From contig OX638153.1 in the NCBI GenBank assembly GCA_951804945.1, positions 73,966,001-74,030,000 on the forward strand: a stretch of DNA of 64,000 nucleotides, read 5' to 3'. A program made the translations under genes and the position numbers. The number at the start of each line of letters is the position of its first letter. The first letter of the stretch is position 1. The stretch is from Podarcis cretensis (taxonomy: Eukaryota). Shown in pieces: positions 60,205-64,000 of the stretch. The notes beneath the pieces were generated by a model. The model was given only the letters and a program-made list of their open reading frames with translations. It made no database searches and had not been told where the DNA came from.

Positions 60205-60225
60205 AAGGTAAAGGGACCCCTGACC
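60205..60225 (-). mobile_element. 21-bp Sauria SINE or partner-LINE 3' terminus
   Basis: AAGGTAAAGGGACCCCTGACC between 13-bp direct repeats TAAGGGTAAGGTA. Confidence 0.75.
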
Positions 60226-60428
60226 TAAGGGTAAGGTACTGAGCACAATTTTAGACATTCTTGTAGGAAGCAAATTATCTGGGTTCAAGACTGGATCAGC
60301 CTTTAGAGGGAGGGGAGTAAACCCTTGCTCAATCTCTTATGAACTTTTGATACAATTGACCATGGTATCCTCAGACAGTCTATGAGATGGGGAATCTATC
60401 CTGCAATGATTATGGTTTAACCTTAAGG

Positions 60429-60563
60429 CACTGTTTCTCAAACTTGGGTCTCCAGCTACTGTTCGACTTCAACTCCCATCATCCCTAACTAGCAGGACCA
60501 GTGGTCAGGGATGATGGGAGTTATAGTCCGACAACAGCTGGGGTGCAAGTCTGAGAAACACTG
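60429..60563. mobile_element. Palindromic hAT MITE, same family as 7731
   Basis: 8-bp TSD CCTTAAGG; ends CACTGTTTCTCA / TGAGAAACACTG. Confidence 0.88.
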
Positions 60564-60584
60564 CCTTAAGGGATGGTTCTAGAT

Positions 60585-60770
60585 CAGGGGTAGTCAACCT
60601 TTTTATACCTACTGTCCACTAATGCATCTTTCTTGATGGTAAAATTTTCTTACCGCCCACCAGTGCTCGATGGAAGGAGGATTCAGCTTGTACTGTAGAA
60701 CCCCCTACAGCCCACCTAGAATCCTGAAATGCCCACTGGTGGGCGGTAGGGACCAGGTTGACAACTCCTG
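60585..60770. mobile_element. Non-autonomous hAT element
   Basis: TIRs CAGGGGTAGTCAACCT / AGGTTGACAACTCCTG; TSD TTCTAGAT / ATCTAGAT. Confidence 0.85.
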
Positions 60771-60784
60771 ATCTAGATTATTAC

Positions 60785-61170
60785 TGAAAAGTTTAAAAGG
60801 CCATAGATTGGCTAATTAAAGGCCTGGAAGAAGAGGAATGTTTTTGCCTGATGCTTAAAGATATGTAATGAAGGCACCAGTAGACACTCCCTGGGGAGAG
60901 CATTCCACAAGTGGGAAGCCACAGCAGAAAGGCCTGTTCTCGTGTTTCTGCTCTCCAGATCTCTCACTGAGGCGGCACACGGAGAAGGGCCTAAGATTAT
61001 GATCACAGGGTCTGGGGCGGATCATACAGGAGACAGAGTCCTTGAGTTATTACAGTCCTGAGCCATTTAAGGCTTTATAGGTCAAAACCAGCACTTTAAA
61101 TTGGGCCCAGAAACTAAGTGGCAGTCCATGCAGTTAGATCAAGATTGGCATTATATGCTCAAACCATCTT
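60785..61170 (-). mobile_element. L2-clade LINE fragment (approximate ends)
   Basis: ORF 60812..61006 AVASHLWNALPRECLLVPSLHIFKHQAKTFLFFQAF is typical of the L2 ORF2 C-terminus. Confidence 0.75.
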
Positions 61171-61299
61171 GAACTGGATGATTGTTTCTTGGCTCTTAAA
61201 CTCTGGGGTGCCACAGAGCACCATGCAGTCTCTACTGCTATGCTAAGCCTTTGGTTGCCATGATTAGGAAAAATGGAGCAAGATGTCAACAATACGTAC

Positions 61300-62230
61300 A
61301 TCTCTATGTCTCTGTAGCAAATGAATCTGGAATGGTTAAGAAGGCCCTGGACTGGTATCTGTATGCAGTGTTAGCTTGGATGAAACCTAATAAACTGAGT
61401 CTCAATCCTGGCAAGATGGAGGCTCCATTAGTGAGTGGTTCCCAGATCTGGGAAGTTAATATGTTGCCCATCTGGATGGGGTTGAATACTCCCTGGAGGA
61501 GGTGCAAGTGTCCTCAGTGTCTAGGACTGCCTTTTATCAGTTTCAGCAGGTCAGACTATTACGGCCATTGCTGGATTGGGATACTGTGAACCCGATTAAC
61601 CTCAAGGCTGAATTATTGTAACATGCTCTATATGAGGGCTACCCTTGAGGTTGGTCCAGAAAGCTGCTGCTAGTTGCAGAATGTAGTGACTAGGATTATT
61701 GTGGTGGCAAACAACCACCAGCATCATGCTTGGGAGATTTTTTTTTTTTTTACAGGCTGTCAATCTGCTAGTGGTCCAAATTCCATGTTTTGGCACTAAC
61801 ATATAAGGTCACAAAGTTCAGGACCAGGTTACTTGAGAAGACTGACTTTTATGTACCCAGAGGGTTACACTACATTCTGTAGGACTGTTTCTCATCCAAG
61901 TCCCAAATATATCAGAAGACCACTTCATAGTGGCCAGAGCAGGGCTTTCAGTGTGGCTGCCCCTGTTCTGTGGCACAGCATTCCTGTCGGGATAAGACAG
62001 ACGCCCACTATCAGTACTTTCCAGAGTCAACTGAATACCTTCTTGTTTTGACAGGCTTTTCCAACTGGATGAAAAGTTATCTGCCTTAGGTTTAAAAACA
62101 GTACACAATGATCATCCCTCTTCAGTTATTTCTGTACTGTTTTAAAAACTATTTCAGCTGTGTTTATGATATTTCTGAATCACCCTAACACATATGTAAG
62201 AGGTGATTCATAAATTAAAAAATAATAATA
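61300..62230 (+). mobile_element. L2-clade LINE fragment (approximate ends)
   Basis: WMKPNKLSLNPGKME and RAFSVAAPVLWHSIP...FQSQLNTFLF remnants. Confidence 0.75.
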
Positions 62231-62578
62231 GGTAACAAATCTCACATGTTTAATGGATAAGCAGCACATCTCTCTAACTAAAATAATCTTGTTAGCAAAT
62301 ACCTTAAGAGAAATTCCTTTGGCATGACTTGGTTTGCACATAACGCTAAGATATACTTTGGGCAGTCCACACTGGTGTGCAGGCTCCCAGAGAGGAGATT
62401 ACCAGTATATTGTTGCTCCTCTAGTCCTACTGTACCCACTGGGAGCCAAGTCACACAAATTCAACCTATGTCTCACCCCTGACAACCCACAAGCTGTAAT
62501 CCAAGTTTTGTTCAAATACGCAGTCAGTGTTTTCAGTCCTATATTCCTAGACCAAAACACACATTTATTTCTCTACCT

Positions 62579-63231
62579 CAAGGGTTCCCAAACGGTGGTC
62601 CCTGGACCACTAGTTGTACACTTGTTTCATGAAGCTGGTCTGTGGTGTGTACACATTAAATATTCAAATTGATTTTAATTGTGGCTTATTGTTCTTGATT
62701 GTATTAGCATTCAAACTGGAATGTAATAAAATACAATCAAAGAGGGGGGAAAGAACCACAAAAATACTATTAAAAATCATACAGCACAGTGCATTACAAC
62801 TTCTGGAATGGACAGAAAAATCATTAGGTGGTCCATTAACACCCTGAGCAATTTTCTTTTTTTTCTTTTTTTAATAATAATTTTTATTATTATACATTTT
62901 ATAAATTTCCCTCCAATTCTTCGTTCAATCCCGCATACAACAAATCATAGTTATTTTTTGACTTCCTTCAACGTCTCTGACAATCATCCGTAGTTACACC
63001 TTTACTACACATTCCCTTCTTTCGTATTGCCATTTTTCCTCCTTACTCCTATTATTTCTCATAAACAATACTTATTTTCTTTTTTTACAGTGCCTCTTTA
63101 AATCCCGCTAGCGTTGTGTTCACACCACATATATTTTTCAGATAATCCACAAATTTCCCCCAGTCTTCGATGAACTTTTGGTCTTTAGTATATTTTCAAG
63201 TGGCCATGAGAAAAAAGTTTGGGAATCACTG
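62579..63231. mobile_element. Non-autonomous hAT (Charlie/Buster-like) element interrupted by an L1 fragment
   Basis: Ends CAAGGGTTCCCAAAC / GTTTGGGAATCACTG; TSD CTCTACCT / CTCTACTT. Confidence 0.75.
62857..63191 (-). mobile_element. 5'-truncated L1-clade LINE 3' end
   Basis: Minus-strand ORF end KFIEDWGKFVDYLKNICGVNTTLAGFKEAL*, then a 3' UTR, AATAAA and an A-rich tail; ATTTTC duplicated at 62851-62856 and 63192-63197. Confidence 0.7.
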
Positions 63232-63559
63232 CTCTACTTTACTGTATTTCCCAACTTCTTAATACTTAACATCTGCAGCTCTCAAAGGGCATTGTGCCAT
63301 AGTTCTACTTTGCACATACTGAAGCAAATATGCTAAAGTTGAACAAGCTGACCTATTCCAGTATTTACCTCACGTATGTACTAAATTTACTTCCTTCCAA
63401 TCAAGTCCCCTTCTCCTCAGCAAAGCTGCTTAATCTAGATTCAGCAGTGACAAGATGTATGTTTGGCAGATACACCATGTCTGAAGATTGGATGGGGGAA
63501 AGGAGAGAAACCTTGGACTTTGTAAGCACAGTTTGAGCACCAAACTTCATCTGACACCA

Positions 63560-64000
63560 ATGTTAGAGAGTATATGGTAGCCATACCATATATAGCATTT
63601 CAAATATTTGAAGCCAAAGTCATTTAGGGCTAGAAACACTAACATAAGCACTTTGAATGGGACCCAGAAACAAACTGGCAACCAGCACAGCTGTATTAAA
63701 GCAGGTATTAGATGAGCTGCACATTTGTTGCCGTTTAAATTTCCAAATAGTCTTCAAGGGCAATCTCATGAAGAGCACATGGTAATAGTTCAATCTGGAT
63801 GTTACCACAGCATGGAAACTGAGGCCAAGTCATCTCTGCCCAAGAGGGGCCACGGCTAGTGAACCAGCCAGAGCTAGAAAAAGACACTCCTAGTCACTGA
63901 AGCTACCTGAACCTCCAGTGATAGCATTGGATCCATGAACATTCCCAAGCTAAAGGACAGCAACTCTGTTCAGAGCATGCTAACTCCCCAGCTCCCAGAC
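63560..64000 (-). mobile_element. L2-clade LINE fragment, runs off the window
   Basis: VTSRLNYYHVLFMRLPLKTIWK resembles the L2 VTSRLDYCN.L..GLP motif. Confidence 0.7.

Noticed and set aside
49268-64000. TRIP12 promoter or first exon
   Set aside because: No CpG island or clear promoter. CpG-rich patches are SINEs, so exon 1 probably lies beyond the window.

Overview
Eukaryotic, AT-rich, intron-rich vertebrate DNA. The Sauria/Squam SINE content points to a squamate, probably a lacertid lizard (inference). The window holds the whole coding region of TRIP12, a HECT E3 ubiquitin ligase with an N-terminal disordered region, ARM repeats, a WWE domain and a C-terminal HECT domain, on the minus strand. 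I traced 41 coding exons by hand from the ATG at 49218 to the TGA at 2829. All introns are GT-AG and the phases are consistent. The exons sum to 6195 nt (about 2064 aa; 2069 aa with one alternative acceptor). The 3' UTR with several poly(A) signals runs toward position 1. The region 49268-64000 is upstream intron with no visible promoter or CpG island. Introns carry TA-flanked Tc1/mariner-pogo MITEs, 8-bp-TSD hAT MITEs, tRNA-derived SINEs, and L2, CR1 and L1 fragments. I found no new gene system. The best leads are post-transcriptional: (1) a hidden 18/19-nt microexon or AG|GT ratchet site at about 23080; (2) a candidate poison exon at 18146-18203; (3) a uORF overlapping the start codon; (4) an inverted MITE pair flanking a frameshifting exon; (5) splice choices that remodel the WWE domain. 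All are predictions from sequence only.
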